From contig JAXMNT010000003.1 in the NCBI GenBank assembly GCA_034670305.1, positions 1 to 64,000 of the forward strand: a stretch of DNA of 64,000 nt. Reading direction: 5' to 3'. Positions within the stretch are counted from its first letter, which is position 1; every line of letters begins with the position of its first letter. The translations under genes and the position numbers were made by a program. The stretch comes from Deltaproteobacteria bacterium (lineage in GTDB: Bacteria > Myxococcota_A > Polyangia > Polyangiales > Houyiibacteriaceae). This document shows, piece by piece, positions 28,998 to 39,436 of this stretch. The notes under the pieces are model-generated. The model was not told where the DNA came from. It was given only the letters and a program-made list of their open reading frames with translations, and did not search any database.

Positions 28998-30250
28998 CCC
29001 ACCGTCCAAGCGGCAAGGATCGCATGGCGGTCGACTTTGCCGCTGGCGGTTCTCGGCAGCGCGGCCACCGAGCGCCATCGCCGCACCCGCTCGTGCGCCT
29101 TCAGAGTCTCAGACGCGCTGGCCACCGCTTCCTGCGGGGCCGCCCCCACGAGCAGCGCGGCCACCACTTGTCCCCACTCGTCGTCCGGTAGGCCGAAGAC
29201 GAATGCTTCTTCCACAAGGCCGGTGTCGAGGAGCGCGGCCTCCACCACGCGCGGCGAGACGTTCTCGCCGCCGGTGATGATCAGCTCGTCCTTCCGGCCC
29301 TCGACCACGAGCCGACCCGCTTCATCCATCGAACCGAGATCGCCGGTCGCGAACGCGCCCGTTCGATCCGGCCCGCCCAGGTAGCCGCGGAAGAGCTGCG
29401 GCCCGCGGATCAAGATCTCGCCGTCGCCCGCGAACGAGATCTCGTTGTCCCCGAGCGGTCGGCCGACGTCGTCGGCGTCCCGATCGTCGCCGGGGGTACG
29501 CGTGGCGACCTGCGCGCAAGTCTCGGTCATGCCGTACGTGGGCAAGACCGGAAATCCGAGTGCGCGCGCGTCCTTCAGGAGCGACCGGCTGGCGGGCGCG
29601 CCGCCGACGAGCGCGGCGCGAAGGGACGGTGGCGAGGTGTGCCGCTCTTGGACCAAACGCCGGACCAACGTCGGCACGAACGAAGCGATGGTGACTCGGT
29701 CCTCCACCATGCGCCGCATCAGGTCCGGGGCCGCACGCGATCCAGAATGCAAGACCACCGTGCGTCGGGCGATGAGCGCGCGGACCAGCACCGAGAGCCC
29801 GCCGACGTGGGCCGGCGGAAGGGTGAGAAGCCACCGGTCGTCCTCTCGCCAGCCCAGGTTGTCCGCGCTCGCGGCACATGCCGCGAGGAACGCGCCACGG
29901 GTCAGGCGCACGCCTTTGGGACGCTGGGTGGTGCCCGAGGTGAACGGGATCGCGAGCAGCCCGTCCGCCCCGCGATCGACCGCGCACGGATCGGGCCGAC
30001 CGGCGACCTCCATCGCCGCGTCGCCGAGCACGAGCGGGCAGCCATGGTGGATGGCCGTCAAGATCGCGATCACGGACTCGACGTCGAGCGCTGGCACCAA
30101 ATGTACCGGTCCCGTGGGCGCGGGCTTCGACCGCACCGCCGCCCAGACGTCGCGCCAGGTCCACGTGCGGTCACCCGCGACGAGCGCGGTCCGCTCGGGG
30201 GCGTCGGCGGCCGCCGCCTGTACGTCGAGTTCACGCATCGTCGTGCTCAC
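28994..30250 (-). CDS. menE: o-succinylbenzoate-CoA ligase
   Basis: FTSGTTQRPKGV, LP.AHVGG, TYGMTET, TGDLG, IITGGENV, PRTASGK; men operon context; GTGA overlap. Confidence 0.85.
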   Translation of the reverse strand: MSTTMRELDVQAAAADAPERTALVAGDRTWTWRDVWAAVRSKPAPTGPVHLVPALDVESVIAILTAIHHGCPLVLGDAAMEVAGRPDPCAVDRGADGLLAIPFTSGTTQRPKGVRLTRGAFLAACAASADNLGWREDDRWLLTLPPAHVGGLSVLVRALIARRTVVLHSGSRAAPDLMRRMVEDRVTIASFVPTLVRRLVQERHTSPPSLRAALVGGAPASRSLLKDARALGFPVLPTYGMTETCAQVATRTPGDDRDADDVGRPLGDNEISFAGDGEILIRGPQLFRGYLGGPDRTGAFATGDLGSMDEAGRLVVEGRKDELIITGGENVSPRVVEAALLDTGLVEEAFVFGLPDDEWGQVVAALLVGAAPQEAVASASETLKAHERVRRWRSVAALPRTASGKVDRHAILAAWTVG

Positions 30251-31272
30251 GCCGGGCCGCCTGTGGTCGCCGACGCACGATGCTCGACGGAACGCGCGAA
30301 GGCAGCGTCGAGGGTCGGTCGCCGGCCGAGTCCATGCGCGAGCGCGCCACGCTGTGCGCCGAGGGCGAGCGAGCCGCCGAGGGCGAGCGCCAAGCCAGCA
30401 TGCGCCGACCAAGCGAGGTCGCCGTCGAGCAGGTGCGACACCACCACGCGGGCCCCCGCAGCGCGCACCGTCTTCGCGCGCTCGAGACTGCCGAGCAGCC
30501 CGAGCACCATCGGCTTGAGCACCACGACCTGCACGCCCCGCCGAACACACGCCGCGACTTCAGCAGCACCCGCATCCGCCAGCGATTCGTCGAGCGCCAC
30601 CGGCACCTTCGACCGTCGCCAATCTTGAAGCGCTGCCTCGGGCCCAGGCTCTTCGACGAACTCGGCGCCCACCTCGGACAGTACCCGCCACGTCGCGTCG
30701 TCGACTGCGCTTCCGTTCGCGTCGGCCCGCACCGCGCAGTCCAGCGCGCCCAACGTGCGAAGCGTCTCCTGGTCCGCGCTGGCGGTCTCCACCCCGAGCT
30801 TGTATTTGATCGTGCGGAACCCCTCGTCTCTGAGCCGGCGGGCGTCCTCGAGGTCCGACGCCCAGCCCGCGGCATCGATCGTCGAGACCGCTTCGAAGCC
30901 GAGCTCCGCCGCACACACACGGACTCCATCCACCACCGAATCGGCGGCTCGGCGGAGCAGGACACACTCGAGCGCGAAGCGGGCGGACGCGGAGTCGGGA
31001 CACCACTGCGCCGCGGCGCGAAGCCGATCGAGGAGCGATTCTGAACACTCCATCGCGTGAAGGTCCCCCGCCACGAGTCGCTCCAGGGCCGAACGCGCCG
31101 CTGCGAGGTCGTCTTGGCCGAAACCTTCGAGGGGCGCCGCCTCTGCAACGACCCGACCCGCGCCGTCCTCCACCACACAACGCACGGCTTCCCGTTCGAC
31201 GTGAGTCGAACGCGCGTTGGTGAGGCGCCTCGGAAGTCGCCAGCGCACGGTCTCGACGTCGATGGTGGTCAT
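30247..31272 (-). CDS. menC: o-succinylbenzoate synthase (enolase superfamily)
   Basis: EAAPL.GF, KYKLG, RADAN, VEEP, ALDES, VLKP. Confidence 0.8.
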   Translation of the reverse strand: MTTIDVETVRWRLPRRLTNARSTHVEREAVRCVVEDGAGRVVAEAAPLEGFGQDDLAAARSALERLVAGDLHAMECSESLLDRLRAAAQWCPDSASARFALECVLLRRAADSVVDGVRVCAAELGFEAVSTIDAAGWASDLEDARRLRDEGFRTIKYKLGVETASADQETLRTLGALDCAVRADANGSAVDDATWRVLSEVGAEFVEEPGPEAALQDWRRSKVPVALDESLADAGAAEVAACVRRGVQVVVLKPMVLGLLGSLERAKTVRAAGARVVVSHLLDGDLAWSAHAGLALALGGSLALGAQRGALAHGLGRRPTLDAAFARSVEHRASATTGGPA

Positions 31273-31288
31273 CCCGGCCGCAGCTTGC

Positions 31289-32182
31289 TCACACCCAGAG
31301 GCCCACTGTCAGCAACACGCCGAACGCGAGCAGCAGCTTGGCGGTGGAAGCCAGGACTGGGTTGAGGTCGGCCCCGCGCAGTCGGTGCAGCCGACCCACG
31401 AGGACGAGCGACCAGGGAAGGGTCGCGAACACCAAGAGCACCCAGTGCGCGCCCTGTGCCGCGAGCACCCCCGCCGCCGCGTAGCTGGCGACGGTCAACC
31501 CGGCGTACTGCGCCACGCCCGCGGTCCGGCCGAAGCGCACCGCGAGGGTGCGTTTGCCCGCCTTCACATCGGTGGGTGCGTCCCGCACGTTGTTCACGAC
31601 CAAGATGGCGGTCGCGAGCGCACCGACGGGAACGGCCGCCCACCAAGACATGCTCGGCACGACCCCCGTCTGGACGAACGCGGTGCCGCACACCGCGACG
31701 AAGCCAAAGAACACCAGCACGAACACATCCCCGAGCCCGTGGTAGCCGAGCGGGTAGGGGCCGCCGGTGTATGCGAGCGCACTGAGGATGGAGGCGGCGC
31801 CGATCGCAACGACGGGCCAGCCGGCATGCCAGACGAGGTAGCCGCCCACGAGCGTCGCAAAACCGAAGACGAGCACGAGGCCGGCGCGAAGTTGCGCGTG
31901 GGTCAGCAGGCCAGCCTGCGCGGCGCGCGTGGGTCCGAGCCGCGTCTCGTCGTCGGCGCCCTTCTGATGGTCGAACAAGTCGTTGGCGAAGTTGGCGCCG
32001 ATCTGCAGCGCGAACGCACCGAGCAGGGCCGCCACCGCGGCAGGCCACACCACCTCGGCCTGTCGGTGGCAGACTGCGGTGCCGACGGCGACGGGCACGA
32101 AGGCCGCGCTCAACGTCGCGGGCCGAGAGGCGAGCAGCCACGCGCGCCAGCTCCCCGGCGCGGGCAACGTCGCCGACCTCAC
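31289..32182 (-). CDS. menA: 1,4-dihydroxy-2-naphthoate polyprenyltransferase
   Basis: [52 protein letters not shown]. Confidence 0.92.
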   Translation of the reverse strand: MRSATLPAPGSWRAWLLASRPATLSAAFVPVAVGTAVCHRQAEVVWPAAVAALLGAFALQIGANFANDLFDHQKGADDETRLGPTRAAQAGLLTHAQLRAGLVLVFGFATLVGGYLVWHAGWPVVAIGAASILSALAYTGGPYPLGYHGLGDVFVLVFFGFVAVCGTAFVQTGVVPSMSWWAAVPVGALATAILVVNNVRDAPTDVKAGKRTLAVRFGRTAGVAQYAGLTVASYAAAGVLAAQGAHWVLLVFATLPWSLVLVGRLHRLRGADLNPVLASTAKLLLAFGVLLTVGLWV

Positions 32183-32934
32183 CGAAGGCTCCGCTTCGTG
32201 TCCGCCCCACGACGCGCGACAGGTGGCGCGGACGGGCGGATCGATCCCCGGCGCGCCGCGATCGTCTCCGCGATCGCGGATGCGACGAACTCCGGTTGGC
32301 AGCCGAGGACATCGTGGTCTGAGGCGGGGACGGTGAGGATGCGCGCGTCCGGACACACGACCGCCACCCGCCGCGCGATGTCGAGGTACCGGTCGTCGTC
32401 TTCGCCCACGAGATAAGACAGCGCGCAGCGGGCCCGCGAGAGCGCTTCCCAGTAGCTCGGCATGGTGCCGAGCCCCAGCACCCGAAACATGCGCGCGAGC
32501 GCGGGCGCGGTGAGACCGGTTCGATCCGGACGCGGCCGTCGGCCGAACAGCGGCTGCGCGTCCCAGCCCTCGAAGAACGGCCCGACGCCGAGCGTCGCGA
32601 CTTGCTCGGCCCGCTGGGCGTCGAGCAGGCGCCGCTCGCGGCGTGCCGCCGGTTCGTCCAATCCGGGATGGGCGCCCGCGAGCACCAGCGAACGCACCCG
32701 CCCCGGATGCCGGGCCAAGAGGCCGAGCGCGATGCGCCCCCCCAGCGAGTACCCGAATACATCCGTTCCCTCCGGAAGAAGCGCCGCGACCCGATCCACT
32801 TCCTCTTCGAAGCTCGAACCGCCCGCGCTGATCGAAGGCCGCAGGACGTCCTGCGCGTCGAGGGACTCGAAACGGAGCAACGAGTCGAACGCGGCCGGGG
32901 TGCCGCCGAATCCGTGAAGCAGCAGCAGCGTCAT
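32179..32934 (-). CDS. menH: SHCHC synthase (alpha/beta hydrolase)
   Basis: LLHGFGG, GYSLGGR, PGL....R..R...D, W..QPLF; directly after menD. Confidence 0.85.
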   Translation of the reverse strand: MTLLLLHGFGGTPAAFDSLLRFESLDAQDVLRPSISAGGSSFEEEVDRVAALLPEGTDVFGYSLGGRIALGLLARHPGRVRSLVLAGAHPGLDEPAARRERRLLDAQRAEQVATLGVGPFFEGWDAQPLFGRRPRPDRTGLTAPALARMFRVLGLGTMPSYWEALSRARCALSYLVGEDDDRYLDIARRVAVVCPDARILTVPASDHDVLGCQPEFVASAIAETIAARRGSIRPSAPPVARRGADTKRSLR

Positions 32935-34646
32935 GTGTCTGCACCCGGAAGGTCCCGCGCGAGCGCGTCCTCGACGAACGCGTCGAGCGCCGCGAGGTCG
33001 TCCCGCACCGAGTGGGTGGGCAATACGACGCGGAGCACGCTCGCTCCGGGATGTTCCAGCGACATGCTCAGAGCCTGGTCCAACTCGGTCGGGTTGGCGA
33101 TCGAAGAGGCGCGAATTCCGAACCCCGTCCCAAGCTCCTCCAGCGCCCAACGGTGGGCGAGGGCGAAGTGGGCTTCGAACGCAGCGGTCGGCAGCGCGTC
33201 CACCACCGGGAGCTGTTCGAAGATCCGCCCTCCCCCGTCGTCGAGCACCACCACGACGGTCGGCGTGTCGAGCTTGGCCAGTTCCTGAAGCGCACCGACG
33301 TCGTGCAGAAAGCTCACGTCGCCGAGCACCAGCACCGTGGGCATCCGAGAGGCGGTGGCCACCCCGCACGTCCCTGCGATGAGGCCGTCGATGCCACTGG
33401 CGCCACGCTGAGAGTGCACGGTGGCTCGAGGCGCCGCCGCAAGATCGATGAGCCGCACGCAGGAACTGTTGCCGATCACGAGTCGGGCACCCGAGGCGTC
33501 CACCGCCCGGGCGATGTGTTCGAGCGCGCGCGTCTCGCCCCACGGCAAACTCGCCACGGCTTCGGAAGAGACGCGCTTGAGCCGTTCGCGCCGAGGGTGT
33601 TGCGGCTTCGGTTTCGTGGACCGCTCCAGCGCATCCGCCAGCACGCGAACGCTGGCGGCGATCGGTCCGAACACGAGCCCGTCGGCATCGCCGGTTGGAT
33701 CGGGCCACCCGCGTTCGCACAGAATCCACCGTCTGCGTCCAGAGGCGTACTGGCTCCAGCCTTTGCCGATGGGGGACTCTCCGAGCTGCAGGACGAAGTC
33801 GGCGTCGACCAACCCCCGGCCGGCGGGGGTTCGAAGCGCCAGCTCGACCGGGTCTCCGAGCGCCGCGAACTGACTCGTCGCATCCGCGAGCAGGAGCGCG
33901 CCGCTGCATTCCACCAGCCGCCGAACGTCCTCCAGCGCTCGGCCCTGACGCGCTGGCCCGGGGCCAGCGACGATCAGCGGTCGTGCCGCGGAGCCAAGGA
34001 GTTCCGCCAAGTGCTCGATCCCTTCCGGATCCGCGGTCGGCACCGGATCGAACACGGCTGCGGCCGCACCAGGGTGCGACGCGGCCGTTCCCTCGAGTGG
34101 CTTTCGCGCGGGCGCGTTCAGATGGACCGGCGACGCGGTCCGGCGCGCGATCACCGCCGCCCGCAGTGCACGACGCTCGGCCGCGCGAAGCATCCTGGGC
34201 GCTGCGCCCGGCGCGCCCAGATCGACGAACGCCTCCACATGCCAACCGAACAGATGCGTCTGGTCGATGGTCTGATTGGCGCCGGTGTCCCGCAGCTCCG
34301 GCGGTCGATCCGCGCTCAGCACCACGAGCGGCATGCCGGACGCGCCGGCTTCGACGACGGCCGGAAGATAGTGCGCTGCCGCGGTGCCGCTCGTGCAGAC
34401 GCACACCGGGAGACGTCCTTCGCGCGCGAGCCCGAGCGCAAAGAATCCTGCCGTCCGTTCGTCGAGCACCGTGTGCAGTGCGAGCGCGCCTTGGCCCTGC
34501 AGCCGAAGCGCTTCGAGTACGAACGGGGTCGAACGCGATCCAGGGCTGAGCACGACGTCGGTCACGCCGCCCGATCGCAGCCCCGCGAACACGTGGGCGG
34601 CGAACGTCGCTTGTGCGTCCGCGGCCGAGTGTTCGAGGTCAGCCAT
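32931..34646 (-). CDS. menD: SEPHCHC synthase
   Basis: [31 protein letters not shown]...[24 protein letters not shown]. Confidence 0.95.
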   Translation of the reverse strand: MADLEHSAADAQATFAAHVFAGLRSGGVTDVVLSPGSRSTPFVLEALRLQGQGALALHTVLDERTAGFFALGLAREGRLPVCVCTSGTAAAHYLPAVVEAGASGMPLVVLSADRPPELRDTGANQTIDQTHLFGWHVEAFVDLGAPGAAPRMLRAAERRALRAAVIARRTASPVHLNAPARKPLEGTAASHPGAAAAVFDPVPTADPEGIEHLAELLGSAARPLIVAGPGPARQGRALEDVRRLVECSGALLLADATSQFAALGDPVELALRTPAGRGLVDADFVLQLGESPIGKGWSQYASGRRRWILCERGWPDPTGDADGLVFGPIAASVRVLADALERSTKPKPQHPRRERLKRVSSEAVASLPWGETRALEHIARAVDASGARLVIGNSSCVRLIDLAAAPRATVHSQRGASGIDGLIAGTCGVATASRMPTVLVLGDVSFLHDVGALQELAKLDTPTVVVVLDDGGGRIFEQLPVVDALPTAAFEAHFALAHRWALEELGTGFGIRASSIANPTELDQALSMSLEHPGASVLRVVLPTHSVRDDLAALDAFVEDALARDLPGADT

Positions 34647-34673
34647 CGTGCTTCTTCCTGCAGCGGCGACGAG

Positions 34674-36044
34674 TCACCGCGCAGGCTCCAGCGCGCCGAG
34701 GAACGCGCGAAACTTCAGCGCGCTCTCCTCGTACTCGCGCTCCGGTTCAGAGGCGCCGACGATGCCGCAGCCCGCCCACGCGGACGCGGAGTCTCCGGTC
34801 AGCAATCCCGACCGCAGCGCGACCACGAACCGCCCGTCGCCGTGTTCGTCGAACGCACCGAAGGGCGCGGCGTACCAACCGCGGGCACCGTATCGGGCGC
34901 GCTCGCGGGTCGCGATCCAGTCCGCCGCAACCTGCTTCGGCACCCCGCCGACCGCCGGCGTCGGGTGCAAGGCTCGAACGAGTTCGAGCACGTGCGTCGC
35001 GTCGTGCAGCGTCCCTCGAATCGCCGTGTGCAAGTGCACCACGTTGGGCAACTCGCGAAGTGAGGGTTTCGCCTCCATCTCGAGCGTCGCGTGAGGCTCG
35101 AGCGCGGTTCGGATCGCATCGACCACCAGACGGTGTTCGTGCTGGTCCTTCTCGCTCGTGAGCAGGGACTGCCCGTCCCCGGCCGGTGCCGACCCGGCCA
35201 GGGCTTCGGTCCGGAGCGTGGTGCCCACCTTGGAGATCAAGTGTTCCGGCGTCGCGCCGAGGAACGTCGCCTCTCCTTTGCGGAACGCGAAGCGCACACA
35301 GTTCGGAAACCGCACGCGGAGGCGTCGCAGGACCACCCTGGGATCGAGCGTGCCCGACAGACGCACGTCGACCCGGCGGGCGGCGACGACCTTGCCGGCT
35401 TCCCCACGTTCGATGGCCTCCGTGATCTCGCGGATGTGGCGCGCCCACTCTTCCGCCGGCGGCTGGCCGATGTCGGTGACGAGCACCGCGCTTCCCGAAC
35501 GAGCGGGCGCACTGAGGAGACGCGCCCACGCCGCCTCGAGTTCCAGCCGCGCCGACTCGGCCTCGGCATTCGACAGGGGCTCGACCGTCACGAAACGGAT
35601 CCACGCGTCTGCGCGGGTCGCGCCGTAGGTCCAGCGCGGCACCACCATCTCGCCGGGCCCGAACGACGCCCAGCGAGGGTCGGTCGCGTCCTCCGCATCG
35701 AATGCGAAGCCACCGAACGCGCTCAGCGGTGGGGCGTCCACGTCGTCGAACGCGACCTTCGGCTCGAGCCCGGTCAACATCGTCGCGGCGTCGGTGGCCG
35801 CGGCGCGACGCGCGATCCCTACCCCAGCGCAGTCGAGGTCGCGGTCGCCGAATACGAGCGCATCGCCTTCCGCCGGCCAGAACGTGGCCACGTCCGGCAC
35901 CCACGGTGCCGCGAGGGTCACGACGCGTGCGCCGGCCCGGAGGGCGTTCTCGAACCGTGCACCGACTCGGTCGAGCGCGCGGGTGGGCAGTCCCGTTCCC
36001 GGAGCGATGTCATGAGTCGTGCCATCCAGCTGCGGCGTGGTCAC
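34674..36044 (-). CDS. menF: Isochorismate synthase
   Basis: KVVAAR, FLGATPE, EALAGS, KD..EH..V, LHPTPAVGG, VALRS, AGCGIV..S.P..E..E. Confidence 0.9.
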   Translation of the reverse strand: MTTPQLDGTTHDIAPGTGLPTRALDRVGARFENALRAGARVVTLAAPWVPDVATFWPAEGDALVFGDRDLDCAGVGIARRAAATDAATMLTGLEPKVAFDDVDAPPLSAFGGFAFDAEDATDPRWASFGPGEMVVPRWTYGATRADAWIRFVTVEPLSNAEAESARLELEAAWARLLSAPARSGSAVLVTDIGQPPAEEWARHIREITEAIERGEAGKVVAARRVDVRLSGTLDPRVVLRRLRVRFPNCVRFAFRKGEATFLGATPEHLISKVGTTLRTEALAGSAPAGDGQSLLTSEKDQHEHRLVVDAIRTALEPHATLEMEAKPSLRELPNVVHLHTAIRGTLHDATHVLELVRALHPTPAVGGVPKQVAADWIATRERARYGARGWYAAPFGAFDEHGDGRFVVALRSGLLTGDSASAWAGCGIVGASEPEREYEESALKFRAFLGALEPAR

Positions 36045-36802
36045 GACGGCACCTTGCCGACGTAGAGACAGCACACGCCAAAGGTCAGCGGCCGGACCTC
36101 GATGTCCACCAGGCCCGCCCGCTCCATCTGCGTGGCGAACTCCGCTGGGGGTGGGAACGCGGCGATGGAGGACTGCAGGTAGCGGTACTCCCGTTTGCCG
36201 CTCAGCAACGCCCCGATCCTCGGAACCGCTTCTCGGATCCAGAGCCTGGCCAAGGTCGAGAACAGGCCAGCTTTCGGTTCGGACAGTTCGAGCACCGACA
36301 CGTGGCCCCCGGGACGAACCACCCGGGTCATCTCCCGCAACCCAGCGTCGCGATCCGGCACGTTGCGAATCCCGAACGCGATGGTCGCGCCGTCGAACGA
36401 GGCGTCCTCGAACCGAAGTGCTTGCGCGTCGCCGGCTTCCAGGACGATGCGGTCGTGCGCCTTCACCTTTTTCTGCCCGACCCTCAGCATGCCTTCAGAG
36501 GGATCGACCCCGACGACTTCGACCTCGGGGAACTCGGACGCGAGTGCAATCGCCACGTCGCCGGTCCCGGTCGCTACATCGAGCACCCGGCGCGCGCCCG
36601 CGGGCATGCTGCGGACGAGTTGTTTTCGCCAACGCACGTCGATGCCCATCGAAAGGACCCGATTGACGAAGTCGTAGCGTTCCGCGATCGCGTCGAACAT
36701 CTCACCGGACCCGAACGTCGTGTCGGTGGCTTCGGGCGAGGCCGGTCCGTGGTCGGGTCGTTCTGCAGGAGCCTGAGGGGAACTGTGCTTCGTGGGGGTC
36801 AT
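36041..36802 (-). CDS. ubiE: Demethylmenaquinone methyltransferase (UbiE/MenG)
   Basis: MFDAIAERYD.VNRVLS.G.D..WR, LDVATGTGD, AFGIRNV, YRYL..SI..FP. Confidence 0.93.
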   Translation of the reverse strand: MTPTKHSSPQAPAERPDHGPASPEATDTTFGSGEMFDAIAERYDFVNRVLSMGIDVRWRKQLVRSMPAGARRVLDVATGTGDVAIALASEFPEVEVVGVDPSEGMLRVGQKKVKAHDRIVLEAGDAQALRFEDASFDGATIAFGIRNVPDRDAGLREMTRVVRPGGHVSVLELSEPKAGLFSTLARLWIREAVPRIGALLSGKREYRYLQSSIAAFPPPAEFATQMERAGLVDIEVRPLTFGVCCLYVGKVPS

Positions 36803-38112
36803 GCGCCGCCTCCGGGGGAAGATTCCGTTCGTCGAAGTCCACCGCGCGTCGGCGCGGTGCGGTCTGCGGGGGTCGCCGCGCGGGCGCCTCCATCCGTGCT
36901 TTCTGCGGAGGGCGGTGCCGTGTCTTCGGAGAGCGCCACGGAGCCTGCCTCCTTGCGTTTGTGAAGACGCATGTGTCCGCGCTGGATCCCTTCGCCGGCG
37001 AGCGCCCGCAGTGCGGCGAGGTTGCTGGCGAGTCCCGCCGAGGCGATGACGATTGCGAGTTGCGAGGCGTCGGTGACGCCGAGCAGCGCCATGCTTGTTT
37101 GCACCCCTGGGTGCACGCCGGTCGACCCGCCGACCGTGGCGACGGCCAGCGGCATCTCGAGCCGACCGACCAGGCCCGTCTTGGTGCGGTGCCAGGTCGA
37201 GAGGGGACGGTAGCCCGTCCCGTCGAGGTCGGGTCCGAGCGCCGCGAACGCGTGCGCGCCCGCCTCGATGGCCCGCCAGTCCTGACCGAGCGCCACCGCC
37301 ACCGCGTCGACGCCGTTCATGACGCCCTTGTTGTGGGTCACGGCGCGGAAGGGGTCGCGCTCGGCGAACGCGCTCGCGCGGACGATGGCGTCGGCCAACT
37401 CGGCGCCGCCCGAACCGGACAGCGCGTCGGCGCCGACTTCGCACGTGACCCGCACCCGGCGTCGCATGGGCAGGTTGGTGAGGATCCGAAGTCCGACCCG
37501 GCCGCCCAAGATCTCGCCGACCCGCGACGCGACGGCTTCCGCCACCGTGTCGACCAGGTTGGCGCCCATCGCGTTGCCCACCGCGACGTGAAAGTGGACG
37601 ACCACCATGCCGCCGGGACCCGCGAGCGGACGGACCGTGATGTCTCGGCAGCCGCCGCCGCGGGCGACCATGCCGGGGATCGCCGCGTCCGCGAGCTCGA
37701 AGAGTTCGCGTCGCTTCGCCTCGATCCGCATGGGCGCAGCCTCGGGGTCGGCGACCTCGTCGAGCTGCACCTGCGCGGTCATGATCGATTCGTCGGCCTC
37801 GCCCGCGAAACCGCCGTGCAAGCGCACCATGCGCGCGGCGTTGGAGGCGGCCGCGACCACGGAGGGTTCCTCGACCGCCATGGGCACCAAGAGATCCTCC
37901 CCGTTCACGCGGAAGTTCAGCGCGACCGAAAGCGGCAGCCCATGAATGGCGACCACGTTCTCACTCATGCGGTCGGCGACGCCGAGCGGAAGGGACCCAC
38001 CGCGTTGGAGGTGCGCTGCGGCCGCTTCGTCGAGCAGACCGCGATCGAGCAACACGGCCACCCGCTCGGCGAGCGAAGTTCGGTAGAAACCGGGAATGCG
38101 GGAACTCGCCAT
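36799..38112 (-). CDS. mvaA: Class II hydroxymethylglutaryl-CoA reductase
   Basis: ENVV, PMAVEEPSVVAAAS, NAMGAN, THNKG.MNG, GQDWRA.EAG.H, GIQRGHM.LH. Confidence 0.9.
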   Translation of the reverse strand: MASSRIPGFYRTSLAERVAVLLDRGLLDEAAAAHLQRGGSLPLGVADRMSENVVAIHGLPLSVALNFRVNGEDLLVPMAVEEPSVVAAASNAARMVRLHGGFAGEADESIMTAQVQLDEVADPEAAPMRIEAKRRELFELADAAIPGMVARGGGCRDITVRPLAGPGGMVVVHFHVAVGNAMGANLVDTVAEAVASRVGEILGGRVGLRILTNLPMRRRVRVTCEVGADALSGSGGAELADAIVRASAFAERDPFRAVTHNKGVMNGVDAVAVALGQDWRAIEAGAHAFAALGPDLDGTGYRPLSTWHRTKTGLVGRLEMPLAVATVGGSTGVHPGVQTSMALLGVTDASQLAIVIASAGLASNLAALRALAGEGIQRGHMRLHKRKEAGSVALSEDTAPPSAESTDGGARAATPADRTAPTRGGLRRTESSPGGGA

Positions 38113-38113
38113 C

Positions 38114-39199
38114 TCAGCGCTCCCGCTCGACCGTGGCCAGTGCGACGGTGTGAAGGGCTTGCCGGGCGGCGCAGTCCGGCATGTCGGCGAGCGCCTGGAC
38201 GGCCCGGGTGGCGCGCTCGGCGGCCAAGGCACGGGTCTGGTCGAGCGCGCCCGTCTTTCGAAGCCGGTCGAGAAGCGCATGTCGAAGCGCGGCGTCTGCA
38301 GAGTCGCCGGCCTCCGTCAGCTCGGTCAGGAGCGCGGCGGCTTCGGGATCGGTGTCGCGGGCGACGAGGACCGGGTGGGTCATCTTGCCTTCGCGCAGAT
38401 CGGCGAAGAGCGCCTTGCCCGTCTTCTCTTCGTCGCCGGTGTAGTCGAGCAGATCGTCGACGAGCTGAAACGCGACACCGAGATGCAGCCCGTACTGCTC
38501 GAGCGCATCGCTCCGGCCGGCATCGAACCCGCCCGCACGCGCGCCGGCCCAGGTCGCCCAGCGAAAGAGCGCCGCGGTCTTGCCTTCGACGATCTTGAAG
38601 TAGTTCGCGACCGACAAGTCGACGCGGTTGCGGTGCTCGAGCTGAATCGACTCGGCTTCGATCATCTCCTCGATGATGTCGAAGAGCCGTTCGAGCGTGC
38701 CGTCCACCTCCGCCGACCGGACGCGTTTCAGAGCGTCGACGAGCAACCAGTCGCCGGCGAAGATCGACGCGGCGTTGCCAAAGAGCAGCCGCGCCGCCGG
38801 GGCCCCGCGGCGCTGATCGCCGAGGTCGACCACGTCGTCGTGCAAGAGCGTCGCGGCGTGCACGAGTTCGACCGCGACCGCGAGCGCCCGCGCGGCCGGG
38901 GTCAGCACCGTGGGGCCGTCCTGTTCAGACGCGAGACGGTACGCGAGGGCCACGCACATCGGCCGCAGGCGTTTTCCGCCCTGACGCAGCAGATGGTGCC
39001 CCGATTGCTGGACCCAGGAACCGGAGTTGGGCACCGCATCGATCGCCGCCGCGATCTCCTCGAGATCCCAGCGAACGAGCTCCGAGAGCCGCCCCAGCCG
39101 GGCGCCGAGATCCTCGAGTCCGCGGGTGTCGCACACCGTTCGTAGGGTGCGGAGCACGTCGGAAGAGGGGTCGCTGACAACCGCGCCGAGCAAAGACAT
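38114..39199 (-). CDS. Polyprenyl diphosphate synthase (IspB/HepT-like)
   Basis: GGKRLRP, LHDDVVD...RRG, KTAALF, FQLVDDLLD, GK...DL.EGK.T. Confidence 0.92.
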   Translation of the reverse strand: MSLLGAVVSDPSSDVLRTLRTVCDTRGLEDLGARLGRLSELVRWDLEEIAAAIDAVPNSGSWVQQSGHHLLRQGGKRLRPMCVALAYRLASEQDGPTVLTPAARALAVAVELVHAATLLHDDVVDLGDQRRGAPAARLLFGNAASIFAGDWLLVDALKRVRSAEVDGTLERLFDIIEEMIEAESIQLEHRNRVDLSVANYFKIVEGKTAALFRWATWAGARAGGFDAGRSDALEQYGLHLGVAFQLVDDLLDYTGDEEKTGKALFADLREGKMTHPVLVARDTDPEAAALLTELTEAGDSADAALRHALLDRLRKTGALDQTRALAAERATRAVQALADMPDCAARQALHTVALATVERER

Positions 39200-39436
39200 A
39201 CGTTCTCCAGACCCGCACGTGCGGGACGAGGGGCTGAGCGGGTGCCCAGCAGGTTTCACGAATCTTTGAAAGGTTTAGGGGTGTCGAAAGCTCGGGTCAA
39301 GGCCAGAGCAGGGGGAAGATGCTCCTCGGAGGCAGTAAGGTGCGTTTTCGTCGCAGTGGGTGCCGCGTGGTCAACAAACGTCTGGACAATCCTTGGCGGT
39401 GTACTAGACAGCCCGGCTCCAAGGAGTTCTGTCGAG

